NCBI GenBank assembly: GCA_963716745.1
Contig: OY970320.1
Span: 2,528,001 to 2,592,000 of the forward strand
Reading direction: 5' to 3'
From: an uncultured Gemmatimonadaceae bacterium
Lineage (GTDB): Bacteria; Gemmatimonadota; Gemmatimonadetes; Gemmatimonadales; Gemmatimonadaceae
Length of the DNA: 64,000 bases
Positions 42,899 through 52,085 of the stretch are shown here, piece by piece. The notes below the pieces were generated by a model. The model was not told the DNA's origin. It worked only from the letters and a program-made list of their open reading frames with translations, and searched no databases. The position numbers and the translations under genes were made by a program. Positions within the stretch are counted from its first letter, which is position 1. Each line of letters begins with the position of its first letter.

Positions 42899-44635
42899 AT
42901 GACACCACGATCCAAGCGGCCACTCGGCGCCGCCGCGCACCGTCCGGCGGCCATCCGCCAGTCGGTCGCCCCAATGCACCGCGGACCCCAGGCCAACATC
43001 CTCTCCGCACCGCTCCAGCAGCCACCCTCGGCGTTCCACAGCGACTCCAGCGCCGCCCTCCTCATCGACTTCGACAACGTCACGATGGGGATCCGTTCCG
43101 ACTTGGGACACGAACTCCGCAACCTCCTCTCGAGCGACATCATCAAGGGGAAGGTCGCGGTGCAGCGTGCCTACGCCGACTGGCGCCGCTATCCGCAGTA
43201 CATCGTGCCGCTCGCCGAGAGCTCGATCGACATGATCATGGCGCCCGCGTACGGCAGCTCCAAGAAGAACGCCACCGACATCCGCCTCGCGGTCGACGCG
43301 ATCGAGCTGGTGTTCACACGCCCCGAGATCGACACCTTCATCCTGCTCTCCGGCGACTCCGATTTCGCGAGCCTCGTCACGAAGCTCAAGGAGTACAGCA
43401 AGTACGTGATCGGCGTGGGCATTCGCGAGAGCTCGAGCGATCTGCTCGTGATGAATTGCAACGAGTACTACAGCTACAACGCGCTCGCCGGTCTCGTGAA
43501 GTCGGGCGATGAGGAGACCACGAAGCGCGATCCGTGGGAGCTCGTGCTCGAAGCGGTGCAGCGCATGAAGCGCAACGGCGACGTCATGCGCTCCGACCGC
43601 CTCAAGCAGGTCATGCAGGAGATCGACAACAGCTTCGACGAGGGCAACCTCGGCATGGCCAAGTTCTCCCGCTTCTGTCAGGAAGCCGCGGCGAAGGGTC
43701 TGCTCAAGATCTCGCGCCTCGAGAACGGCCAGATGGAGATCGACGTGCCCGATGGCACGCCATCGCTCCCGCAGTCGCCATCGGTGCTGCCGAGCGCGGA
43801 GCGCCGGGTGGCCACCGCCGCCGGCACGCCGGAGAATCGCCGCCGCGGCCGCCGCGGCGGACGAGGCCGCGGACGCGACCGCGAAGAGAACGGCGCACCG
43901 CGCGCCGAAATGTCGGAGACCGCCCCGGAACTCGTCCCCGACGCCGCGCCAGAGTTCGATCTGGAACCGCGTGAGGTCGCGATCGAGGCGCGAGTCCCGA
44001 GTGCCGAGTCCCGCGCTGTCGATGCCGAGATGACCGGCATGCGTCTCAGCCGCGACGAAGCGTTCACGCTCATCCGCCGCGCCGTCGATTCGCTCTCGAG
44101 CGGACCCGACGACTCCGTTTCCGCCAGCCGCGTGCGCGCGAAAGCGCGCGAGCTGCTGGGCCGCGACAGCGAGACGCTCAGCGAGCGCCACTTCCACCGC
44201 ATCCTGCGCGACATGCACGACGCGGAGCAGATCGATCTTCGCAAGCGCGGCGATGATTACGAAGTGTCGCCGTCGCCCGACGCGCCGCCCATCGCCGAGC
44301 AGTTGGCGGCGTCCGAGGCTGTTGCCGTCGCGGCGGCCGACGCCAGTCAGGCGGGACGCAGCGCGTCAAACGCGGCTTCGCTGCGCCGCGGCATTCGCGG
44401 CCGCGGGCGCGGGCGTGGTGGCCCGGGCGAATTGCCTCCCGGTCTTCTCAGCGTGGGTATCGTCGACCACGGCACTCCAGCGCTCGTGGATGCGCCGGCG
44501 AGCGATGATGCCGACGAGTCCGACGACGACGCGCCGGCGCCCGCCGCCATCGCAGGCGAGAAAGCGCCCGTGAAACGCCGTCGCGGCATTCGCGGCGGCC
44601 GCGCGCGGAAGAAGAAGGAACCCGGCGCCGAGTAG
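42899..44635 (+). CDS. NYN domain ribonuclease with LOTUS/OST-HTH domains (LabA/DUF88 family)
   Basis: LLIDFDNV, RAYADW, KNATDIRLAVD, LSGDSDF; FDEGNLGMAKFSRF LOTUS-like; RGG-rich disordered linkers. Confidence 0.9.
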   Translation: MTPRSKRPLGAAAHRPAAIRQSVAPMHRGPQANILSAPLQQPPSAFHSDSSAALLIDFDNVTMGIRSDLGHELRNLLSSDIIKGKVAVQRAYADWRRYPQYIVPLAESSIDMIMAPAYGSSKKNATDIRLAVDAIELVFTRPEIDTFILLSGDSDFASLVTKLKEYSKYVIGVGIRESSSDLLVMNCNEYYSYNALAGLVKSGDEETTKRDPWELVLEAVQRMKRNGDVMRSDRLKQVMQEIDNSFDEGNLGMAKFSRFCQEAAAKGLLKISRLENGQMEIDVPDGTPSLPQSPSVLPSAERRVATAAGTPENRRRGRRGGRGRGRDREENGAPRAEMSETAPELVPDAAPEFDLEPREVAIEARVPSAESRAVDAEMTGMRLSRDEAFTLIRRAVDSLSSGPDDSVSASRVRAKARELLGRDSETLSERHFHRILRDMHDAEQIDLRKRGDDYEVSPSPDAPPIAEQLAASEAVAVAAADASQAGRSASNAASLRRGIRGRGRGRGGPGELPPGLLSVGIVDHGTPALVDAPASDDADESDDDAPAPAAIAGEKAPVKRRRGIRGGRARKKKEPGAE

Positions 44636-44639
44636 CGCG

Positions 44640-45269
44640 GTGGGCGCTCCGCTCCCCGCGGCCTTCTACGATCGCGACACCGAGCTCGTCGCACGCGACC
44701 TGCTCGGCAAAGTCCTCCGGTGCGTCACGCCGGAGGGCGTCGCGAGCGGGCGCATCGTCGAGACCGAGGCCTACGTCGGCGAGCACGATGCCGCGTGCCA
44801 CGCCGCGGCCGGCCGCACCGCGCGCACCGAGGTGCTGTACGGGAAGCCCGGCCGCGCCTACGTGTATTTCATCTACGGCATGCACTGGTGCGTGAACGCC
44901 GTCACGCGCGCCCAGGGGCTGCCCAGTGCCGTGCTTATCCGCGCGATCGAACCCATTGAGGGTGTCGAGTTGATGCGCTCGCGCCGCCGCGGAGCGCGCG
45001 CGACGCGCGATCTCACCAACGGCCCGGGCAAACTCTGCGCCGCGCTCGGCATCACCGGCGCGCAGAACGGCGTCTCGCTGCGCGATTCCGCGCTCACGAT
45101 CCGCGCCGGCGCGCCCGTGCGCGATCGCGACGTCGCGATCACGCCGCGCATCGGCATCGCCAAGGCGGCGGACTGGCCATTGCGCTTCATCGTCCGCGAG
45201 AGTGAATTCGTATCGAAGGCCGTTCGCCGTCCCGCCACGCGCCACCACCGGAGAGTTATCGTCCCATGA
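44640..45269 (+). CDS. mpg: DNA-3-methyladenine glycosylase (Mpg/AAG)
   Basis: VARDLLGK, IVETEAY, YVYFIYGMHWCVN, VLIRAIEP, NGPGKLC, PRIGI. Confidence 0.95.
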   Translation: MGAPLPAAFYDRDTELVARDLLGKVLRCVTPEGVASGRIVETEAYVGEHDAACHAAAGRTARTEVLYGKPGRAYVYFIYGMHWCVNAVTRAQGLPSAVLIRAIEPIEGVELMRSRRRGARATRDLTNGPGKLCAALGITGAQNGVSLRDSALTIRAGAPVRDRDVAITPRIGIAKAADWPLRFIVRESEFVSKAVRRPATRHHRRVIVP

Positions 45270-46510
45270 GACATATCCCGCTCCTCGCACTCGCCGCCGC
45301 GCTCGCCGCGCGCGCGCTCGCCCAGACCCCGGCCGCGCCCATGAATCCAACGTCCGTCGCACCCGCCGGCGTCTCCGAACGCGCGATGAAGATCTGGCGC
45401 AATGCGATCGTGATCGATACGCACAACGATTTCCCCTCGAAGATGGCGGATGAGCACGTCAAGTTCGAAGACCGTCATCCCGCGGGCCCGGTCATGACCG
45501 ACATCCCGCGCCTCTTCGACGGCGGCGTCACCGCCGTGTTCGCTTCCGATTTCGTGGACGCGAAGTACGCGCTCACCAATCCGAATTCCTCGTACGCGCG
45601 TGCGGTCGAGCTCGCCGACACCGTGCACGCGCTCGTCGCGCGCAACCCGAACACGCTCCTGTTCGCCACGACGGCCGCCGACGTCGAGCGCGCCAAGAGA
45701 GAAGGGAAGATCGCGATCTTCATCGGCGTCGAAGGCGGCCACGCGATCGAGAACTCGCTCGCCAAACTCGACGATCTGTACGCGCGCGGCGTGCGCTACA
45801 TGACCCTCACGTGGAACAATGGGAACGAGTGGGCCGGCGCCGCGGCGGGCGTGAACAACACCAGCACCGGCGGGCTCACGCCCTTCGGCGTGCAGGTCGT
45901 GCACGAGATGAACCGCCTCGGCATGTTCGTCGACGTTTCGCACGTCTCCGAGCAGACCTTCTACGACGCCATCAAGGCGTCGAGCGTGCCCGTGATCGCG
46001 TCGCATTCGAGCTCGCGCGCGCTCTCCGACCACCGGCGCAATCTCAAGGATGACCAGCTCCGCGCCATCGCGAAGAACGGCGGCGTCGTGAACGTGAACT
46101 TCTACCCGGCGTTCATCGACACGCGCTATCGCGAGGCCACCGCCGCCGCGTCCGACGCGGTCGCCAAGTGGCGCGACTCCGCGCTCAAGGCGCCCGGCGC
46201 CGACAGCGCCGCCGTTCGCGCCGAGGCGGCCAAGCGCACCGACGCCGCCGTCGCGGCCGTGCCGCTCCCCGCGCTCTCGGTGCTGCTCGACCACTTCGAT
46301 CACATCGCGAAGATCGCGGGCGTGGATCACGTGGGCATCGGCAGCGACTTCGATGGCATCGACGTGGCGCCGCAGCAGATGGAGGATGTCTCGATGCTGC
46401 CCCGCATCGCGCAAGGCCTGCTCGACCGCGGCTACTCCGAGGCGGACATCCAGAAGATGATCGGCGGCAATATGATCAGGGTGATGAAACAAGTCCTCAA
46501 GGCGCATTGA
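45266..46510 (+). CDS. Secreted membrane-dipeptidase family protein (peptidase M19)
   Basis: Signal peptide; IDTHND, GVEGGH, VDVSH, ASHS, GIGSDFDG. Confidence 0.93.
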   Translation: MRHIPLLALAAALAARALAQTPAAPMNPTSVAPAGVSERAMKIWRNAIVIDTHNDFPSKMADEHVKFEDRHPAGPVMTDIPRLFDGGVTAVFASDFVDAKYALTNPNSSYARAVELADTVHALVARNPNTLLFATTAADVERAKREGKIAIFIGVEGGHAIENSLAKLDDLYARGVRYMTLTWNNGNEWAGAAAGVNNTSTGGLTPFGVQVVHEMNRLGMFVDVSHVSEQTFYDAIKASSVPVIASHSSSRALSDHRRNLKDDQLRAIAKNGGVVNVNFYPAFIDTRYREATAAASDAVAKWRDSALKAPGADSAAVRAEAAKRTDAAVAAVPLPALSVLLDHFDHIAKIAGVDHVGIGSDFDGIDVAPQQMEDVSMLPRIAQGLLDRGYSEADIQKMIGGNMIRVMKQVLKAH

Positions 46511-46523
46511 ACCGTAGGGGCGC

Positions 46524-46673
46524 GTGTAGGTCCTAGTACCACTTGAACCACGCGTATGGCAACTGAGCGTATGGTACGACATGGCGTGAGTAGGACCGGC
46601 GACCCACTCACGCCATGCGGTACCATACGCTCAGTTGCTAAACGCGCAGTTCCAGCGGTACTAAGGCCCACAC
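46524..46673. other. 150-nt rod-like imperfect palindrome (structured RNA or MITE-like element)
   Basis: Perfect 19-bp (46559-46577/46620-46638) and 12-bp (46580-46591/46606-46617) stems inside a longer helix. Confidence 0.8.
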
Positions 46674-46711
46674 CCGCTGTTCCAGCGGTACCACTCGCCA
46701 CTCGCGCCAAT

Positions 46712-46750
46712 AAAAAAGCGGCGGCGCGATCCGGTTCGCGCCGCCACTTT
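46712..46750 (-). terminator. Intrinsic terminator (possibly bidirectional)
   Basis: AAAAAAG-C-GGCGGCGCGA...TCGCGCCGCC-ACTTT downstream of the minus-strand OMP gene. Confidence 0.75.
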
Positions 46751-46771
46751 GTGCATCGCGCCCCCGCGGAG

Positions 46772-47419
46772 CTAGTGCCCGCTGTCCTGTGACGGCCCGA
46801 AGTTCATCCGGACGCCGCCTTCCAACAGATACGCCGCGCGGCCGTTCAGGATGAAATTGCTGGGCGTGGGCATGTAGATCAGGTTGCCGAAGATCGCGAC
46901 GCGCTTGAGCTGCGCGTGCAAGCCCACGAGCAGGTTGAACTGGATGCCGTCCTTCTGCTCGTTCAGGTTGTGCTGCACCTGTTGCGCGACGTTCGGATTC
47001 AGGATCGAGTCCGTGATGATCGCCGAATGCGACAGGTTCATGATGAACCCGCCGCCCGCGTAGAGGTGCAGGCCGCCCCACGCGATGGGGAGGGCGACCA
47101 CGTCCGCCATGACCTGCGTCATGTCGTGGATCTGCACATTGTAGGGCGTGCCGTTGTTGTCCGTCACGGCCGCGTTCGCGGTGAAGAACGCCTGGCCGAT
47201 CGAGAGGTACAGGCCGCCGCGCGTCTTCGTGATGAACCACTCGGCGTTCACCACCGGCGCCGTCTGATTCGAGACGGTGGCAGTCGAGAACGACATCGCG
47301 CCGGCGTTCAATCCCCAGAACCACGAATCGTTGAACAGGCGCCCTCCCTGAGCGGAGCTGGCCGACGGCGCCAGTGCAACAAGGGCGAGACCGGATGCGA
47401 GCCACCGGACCATGCGCAT
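46772..47419 (-). CDS. Secreted outer-membrane beta-barrel-like protein
   Basis: GAGGAG RBS; signal peptide; alternating beta strands, LYAGGGF, LEGGVRMNF. Confidence 0.7.
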   Translation of the reverse strand: MRMVRWLASGLALVALAPSASSAQGGRLFNDSWFWGLNAGAMSFSTATVSNQTAPVVNAEWFITKTRGGLYLSIGQAFFTANAAVTDNNGTPYNVQIHDMTQVMADVVALPIAWGGLHLYAGGGFIMNLSHSAIITDSILNPNVAQQVQHNLNEQKDGIQFNLLVGLHAQLKRVAIFGNLIYMPTPSNFILNGRAAYLLEGGVRMNFGPSQDSGH

Positions 47420-47650
47420 GGTGAAGCTCCTCGTACGTGTGGTGTTGAAGATCAGAAAGAAGTGCTGTCGCCCGTCTGTCGCCGCTCAGAGTGCGAGCGG
47501 GCGGAGCAGGGCACCGAACGCCGGATAACGAGGTCGATCATGAAAAGGGACGAGGCGAAGTCCCCATGCGTCACGGACTTGCCCGCTCTCACGAACAGAC
47601 CCCCAACCCTGCCGCTTGACCACCGCCCCCACCGCCTCCACTTTGCCAAC

Positions 47651-48018
47651 GTGATCCATCCTCTGAGCGTCCCCTGACGCCGCTCGCCGCGTCGCCCGCG
47701 CTGGACCAGTTCCATAGCGCGGTCTACGGCACCGTATTCGGCCGCCGCATGGATGTCGTGCACCGCCTGAACGCCGGCGACCGGCTGATCCTCGTGCCCG
47801 ACGCGCCCGGCACCGACAATCCTGCCGTCTGGGTACACGCGCGAGGCGGCGATGTCGTTGGGCACCTCCCCTTCGCGATCTGTGGCTGGCTCGTGCCGTG
47901 GATGCTCGGCGGCGGGCGGTGCAGCGCCCAGGTCGAGAAGGTGGGATCGGACGAGACCCCGAGCTGGCGCCGCCTGATCATCCGCGTCCACTTCCTGGGA
48001 CGGCCAGCGAGCAACTGA
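47651..48018 (+). CDS. Stand-alone HIRAN domain protein (start uncertain; possible indel near 47674, in-frame ATG at 47749)
   Basis: FHSAVYGTVFGRRMDVVHRLNAGDRLILVPD...DNPAVWVH...VGHLP; TTGACC-17-CACTTT just upstream of GTG 47651. Confidence 0.7.
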
Positions 48019-48020
48019 GG

Positions 48021-49223
48021 TTACTTCAGCAGTCCGCTCTTGATCCCCACGCGCTTGAACGCCGACACCGCCTGATCGAGGTCGTCGCGCGTATGCGCGG
48101 CCGAGAGCTGACAGCGGATTCGCGCGTGACCCTGCGGGACGACCGGGAAGCCGAAGCCGGTCACGAACACGCCTTCGTCGAGCATCATCTCGCTGATCTT
48201 GATCGCGAGTGACGTCTCGCCCACGATGATGGGGACGATCGGCGTCTCGCCCGCGAGCGGCTTGAATCCCGCTTCGGTGATCGCCGCGCGGAAATAACGG
48301 GCGTTCTCGTGCAGCCGTGCGACGCGCTGCGGCTCGCGCTCGATCACTCGCACCGCCTCGAGCGAGCTCGCTGCTACAGTGGGCGGGAGTGCATTGGAGA
48401 AGAGCTGCGGACGCGACCGCTGCGTCAGGTAATCCGTGAGCGCGGCCGAACCCGCGGTGAATCCGCCGGCCGCGCCGCCCACCGCCTTCCCCAGCGTGGA
48501 GGTGATGACGTCCACCTCGCCCAGCACGCCGCAGTGCTCCGCGGTGCCGCGCCCTTTCGCGCCGAGCACGCCGGTCGCGTGCGAGTCGTCCACCACGACG
48601 ATGGCATCATGCTCGCGCGCGAGCTGCAGGATCGCGGGCAGCTTCGCGATGTCGCCTTCCATGGAGAAGATCCCGTCGGTCCAGATGATCCGCCGCCGCG
48701 CACTCTTCGCGCTCACGAGCTTCGCGCGCAGATCATCCATGTCGGAATGCTGGTACACCGCGGTCGTGCACTTCGTGATCGCCTTCGCCAGCCGCACTGA
48801 GTCGATGATCGACGCGTGGTTGAGCGCGTCGGAGACCACGAAGTCGCCCTCCGCGACGACGGTCGCCGTGAAGCCCTCGTTCGCGTTCCACGCCGACACG
48901 TAGCTCAGCGCGCTCTCGGTGCCCACGAACCGCGCGAGCGCGGACTCGAGCTCCCGGTGCACGGTGAACGTGCCGCAGATGAACCGCACGCTGCCCGTGC
49001 CCGCGCCGTACTTGTCGAGCGCCGTCTGGCCCGCGCGGATCACGCTCGGCTCATCGCACAGGCCGAGATAGTTGTTCGACGAAAGGATGAGCACCTCGCC
49101 GTGTCCTTCCATCTTCACGCGCGCCGACTGCGGCGACGCCAGGAAGTTCAGCCGCTTGTACACGCCATCCTGCTTGAACTGCTCGAGCGCGCCGCCGAGC
49201 TCGCGCGTGAAGTTCGCGTTCAC
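48021..49223 (-). CDS. kbl: Glycine C-acetyltransferase
   Basis: SSNNYLGL, SVRFICGT, LNHASIID, DDSHATG, TLGKAVGG; coupled with tdh. Confidence 0.95.
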   Translation of the reverse strand: MNANFTRELGGALEQFKQDGVYKRLNFLASPQSARVKMEGHGEVLILSSNNYLGLCDEPSVIRAGQTALDKYGAGTGSVRFICGTFTVHRELESALARFVGTESALSYVSAWNANEGFTATVVAEGDFVVSDALNHASIIDSVRLAKAITKCTTAVYQHSDMDDLRAKLVSAKSARRRIIWTDGIFSMEGDIAKLPAILQLAREHDAIVVVDDSHATGVLGAKGRGTAEHCGVLGEVDVITSTLGKAVGGAAGGFTAGSAALTDYLTQRSRPQLFSNALPPTVAASSLEAVRVIEREPQRVARLHENARYFRAAITEAGFKPLAGETPIVPIIVGETSLAIKISEMMLDEGVFVTGFGFPVVPQGHARIRCQLSAAHTRDDLDQAVSAFKRVGIKSGLLK

Positions 49224-49230
49224 GGGGTCC

Positions 49231-50256
49231 TCATGCGATGTCGAAGATGACTTTGCCCGCCGCGCCCGACTTGATCGCGGCGATGGCGTCGTCGAACTTC
49301 TCGAGCGGGAACCGGTGCGTGATCACCGGCGCGGGGTCGAACTTCCCCGAGCGCAGGAAGCGCGACATCTGGTGCCACGTGTCGTACATCCGCCGGCCGG
49401 TCACACCGTACACGGTGACGCCCTTGAACACGAGCTCCGTCGCGAAATCGAACTCCATCGGCTTCGCGGGCACGCCGAGCATCTGCACGCGTCCCGCCGG
49501 GCGCACGAGCTTGAACGCCTGATGGATCGCGGCGGGCACGCCCGACATCTCGAGCACGACATCCACCCCCAGCCCGCCGGTCGCGCGCTTCACCGCCGCC
49601 TCGGCGTCCGGCGGGTGCACCACGTCGTGCGCGCCCATCTTCTTCGCGAGCGCGAGGCGCGTGTCGTTCACGTCGCTCGCGATCACGCGCGACGCGCCGG
49701 CCGCGATGCAGATCCCCACGGCGAAGATGCCGATCGGCCCGCACCCCGTGATCAGCACCGTCGCGCCCGGGATCTCGGCAGTGAGCGCGGTATGGAAGGC
49801 GTTGCCCATCGGATCGTGGATACCGCCAATGTCGTAGGAGATGTCGGGATCCAGATGCCAGATGTTCGTGGCCGGCATCGCAATGAAGTCGGCGAAGCAG
49901 CCGTCGCGGTCCACGCCGATCACGCGCGTGTTCTGACAGGCGTGCGCGTTCCCGGTGCGGCAGAGCATGCATGTGCCATCTACGATGTGGCCTTCGGCGG
50001 TCACGCGGTCGCCCTCTTTCACATCGCGCACGAGCGGCCCGACGCGCACGACGTCGCCGGCGAACTCGTGGCCCACGGTGAATGGCGGCTTGCAGCGCCC
50101 GCTCGCCCAGTCATCCCACTCGTAGATATGGACATCCGTGCCGCACACGCCGGCGCGGCGTACACGGATGAGGACCTCGTCATCGCGGATCGTGGGTTCC
50201 GGCACCTGCTTCATCACGAATCCCGGTCCCGCCCGCTCTTTCACCAGTGCACGCAT
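49231..50256 (-). CDS. tdh: L-threonine 3-dehydrogenase
   Basis: GVCGTDVHIYEWDDWA, GHEFAG, DPMGNAFH, GRRMYDTW. Confidence 0.96.
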   Translation of the reverse strand: MRALVKERAGPGFVMKQVPEPTIRDDEVLIRVRRAGVCGTDVHIYEWDDWASGRCKPPFTVGHEFAGDVVRVGPLVRDVKEGDRVTAEGHIVDGTCMLCRTGNAHACQNTRVIGVDRDGCFADFIAMPATNIWHLDPDISYDIGGIHDPMGNAFHTALTAEIPGATVLITGCGPIGIFAVGICIAAGASRVIASDVNDTRLALAKKMGAHDVVHPPDAEAAVKRATGGLGVDVVLEMSGVPAAIHQAFKLVRPAGRVQMLGVPAKPMEFDFATELVFKGVTVYGVTGRRMYDTWHQMSRFLRSGKFDPAPVITHRFPLEKFDDAIAAIKSGAAGKVIFDIA

Positions 50257-50447
50257 GCGCGAAAGATGCGGTGCCGGCAATGTCACCGCCACCGGGCGCC
50301 ATCGAATCCGCTTTCTCGGCCGTATTGATGCACCGGCATGCGACAGTCGACAGCCGACAGCCCGCTGTGCGCTCTCGTCGAACCTTGCTGTCCATGGGCG
50401 TCCGGAACATACTCATCATTACTATTTACCCTCTCCCAGGTAGACGC

Positions 50448-52085
50448 ATGGATCCCACTTCCCGCCGCGAATTCCTCATCAAGTCCGGCGCCGCCGCGGC
50501 CGCGCTCGGCATCGCTTCCCTCGGAGACAACGCCGCCGCGCAGACCCTCGTGCGGCCCGTCGCTGAGATCTCCGCCGGCAATGCGTCGGTGAAGGAACTC
50601 GCGCTCCTCGGCGTGGACGCCGCCAAGAAGGCCGGCGCGCAGTATGCCGACGTGCGCATCTCGCAGAACCGAAGCCAGCGCATCTTCACACGCGAGCACC
50701 GCGTGCAGTCGCTCGACGACTCCGAGACCTTCGGCGTCGGCGTGCGCGTGCTCTCGAATGGCGCGTGGGGATTCGCCGCCGGCCGCGAACTCACGAAGGA
50801 CCAGGTGCTCAAGCTCGTGAAGCGCGCGATGGCGCAGGCGCAGGCCAACCGGAGCGCCCTCGTGCGCCCGGTAGTGCTCGCGCCCGTCAAGCCGACGCCC
50901 AACGGCACCTGGAACACGCCCATCGAGATCGATCCGTTCAGCGTCGCCATCGAGGACAAGGTGGCGCTGCTGCTCTCCGCGAACGACGCCGCGCTGAAGG
51001 TCGACGGCGCGCGCTTCGTCACCTCGGGCATGTTCTTCCTGCGCGAGGAGAAGACCCTCGCCACGAGCGACGGTACGTTCGTCGTGCAGACCATCTACCG
51101 CGCGCAGCCCACGATGACGGTCACGGCCGTCGCGAAGGACTTCTCCGATTTCCAGACGCGCCAGAGCACCGACGTACAGCCGAAGGGTCTGGGCTACGAA
51201 CATGTGCGCGACGCCAAGCTCATCGAGAACGCGCCGCGCTGGGCCTCCGAAGCCGTGCAGAAACTCTCGGCCAAACCGGTAGATGTGGGCAAGTACGACC
51301 TCGTACTGCATCCCACGCATCTCTGGCTCACGATCCACGAATCGATCGCCCACCCCACCGAGCTCGACCGCGCGATGGGATTCGAAGCCAACTATGCGGG
51401 CACGAGTTTTGTCTCACCACCGGACAAGATGCTCGGCCAATTCCGCTACGGCCCCGAGATCATGAACATCCAGGGCGACCGGAGCCAGGTAGGCTCGCTC
51501 GGCGCCATCGGATGGGATGACGAGGGCGTCGCGCCCGACACCTTCCTCGTGATCAAGAAGGGGATCGTGAACGATTACCAGACCACGCGAGAGCAGGCGC
51601 TGTGGCTCGATTGGTGGTACAAGAAGCAAGGGATTGAAACCCGGTCGCACGGCTGCTCGTACTCGCAATCATGGGCCGACGTGCAGTTCCAGCGTATGCC
51701 GAACATCTCGCTCCTGCCGGGCGAGAAGGAACAGTCGTGGGAGGATCTGATCGCCGCGACGGACAACGGGATCGCGATCATCGGCGAGGGGTCGTTCTCG
51801 ATCGACCAGCAGCGCTACAACGCGCAGTTCGGCGGACAGCTCTTCTACGAGATCAAGGGCGGCAAGATCGCCGGCATGCTCAAGGATGTGGCCTATCAGA
51901 TGCGGACTCCGGAGTTCTGGAATTCCATGGATATGATCGGCGGCAAGAGCAGCTACATGCTCGGCGGCGCGTTCAACGACGGGAAGGGACAGCCGTCGCA
52001 GTCGAACGCCGTGAGCCATGGATGCGTGCCCTCGCGGTTCAAACAGATCAACGTGATCAATACCGGGAGGAAGGCGAACTCATGA
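50448..52085 (+). CDS. tldD: TldD-family metalloprotease with Tat signal (copy 1)
   Basis: SRREFLIK Tat motif; HESIAH; QRMPN; NDGKGQP. Confidence 0.92.
   Translation: MDPTSRREFLIKSGAAAAALGIASLGDNAAAQTLVRPVAEISAGNASVKELALLGVDAAKKAGAQYADVRISQNRSQRIFTREHRVQSLDDSETFGVGVRVLSNGAWGFAAGRELTKDQVLKLVKRAMAQAQANRSALVRPVVLAPVKPTPNGTWNTPIEIDPFSVAIEDKVALLLSANDAALKVDGARFVTSGMFFLREEKTLATSDGTFVVQTIYRAQPTMTVTAVAKDFSDFQTRQSTDVQPKGLGYEHVRDAKLIENAPRWASEAVQKLSAKPVDVGKYDLVLHPTHLWLTIHESIAHPTELDRAMGFEANYAGTSFVSPPDKMLGQFRYGPEIMNIQGDRSQVGSLGAIGWDDEGVAPDTFLVIKKGIVNDYQTTREQALWLDWWYKKQGIETRSHGCSYSQSWADVQFQRMPNISLLPGEKEQSWEDLIAATDNGIAIIGEGSFSIDQQRYNAQFGGQLFYEIKGGKIAGMLKDVAYQMRTPEFWNSMDMIGGKSSYMLGGAFNDGKGQPSQSNAVSHGCVPSRFKQINVINTGRKANS

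Noticed and set aside
42600..42900. tmRNA, RNase P, SRP or a known riboswitch
   Set aside because: None of their conserved sequence signatures could be seen; kept only as an unknown structured leader
46432..46792. Mirror-image ORFs on both strands (ATERMV...)
   Set aside because: Product of the long palindrome, not protein-coding evidence
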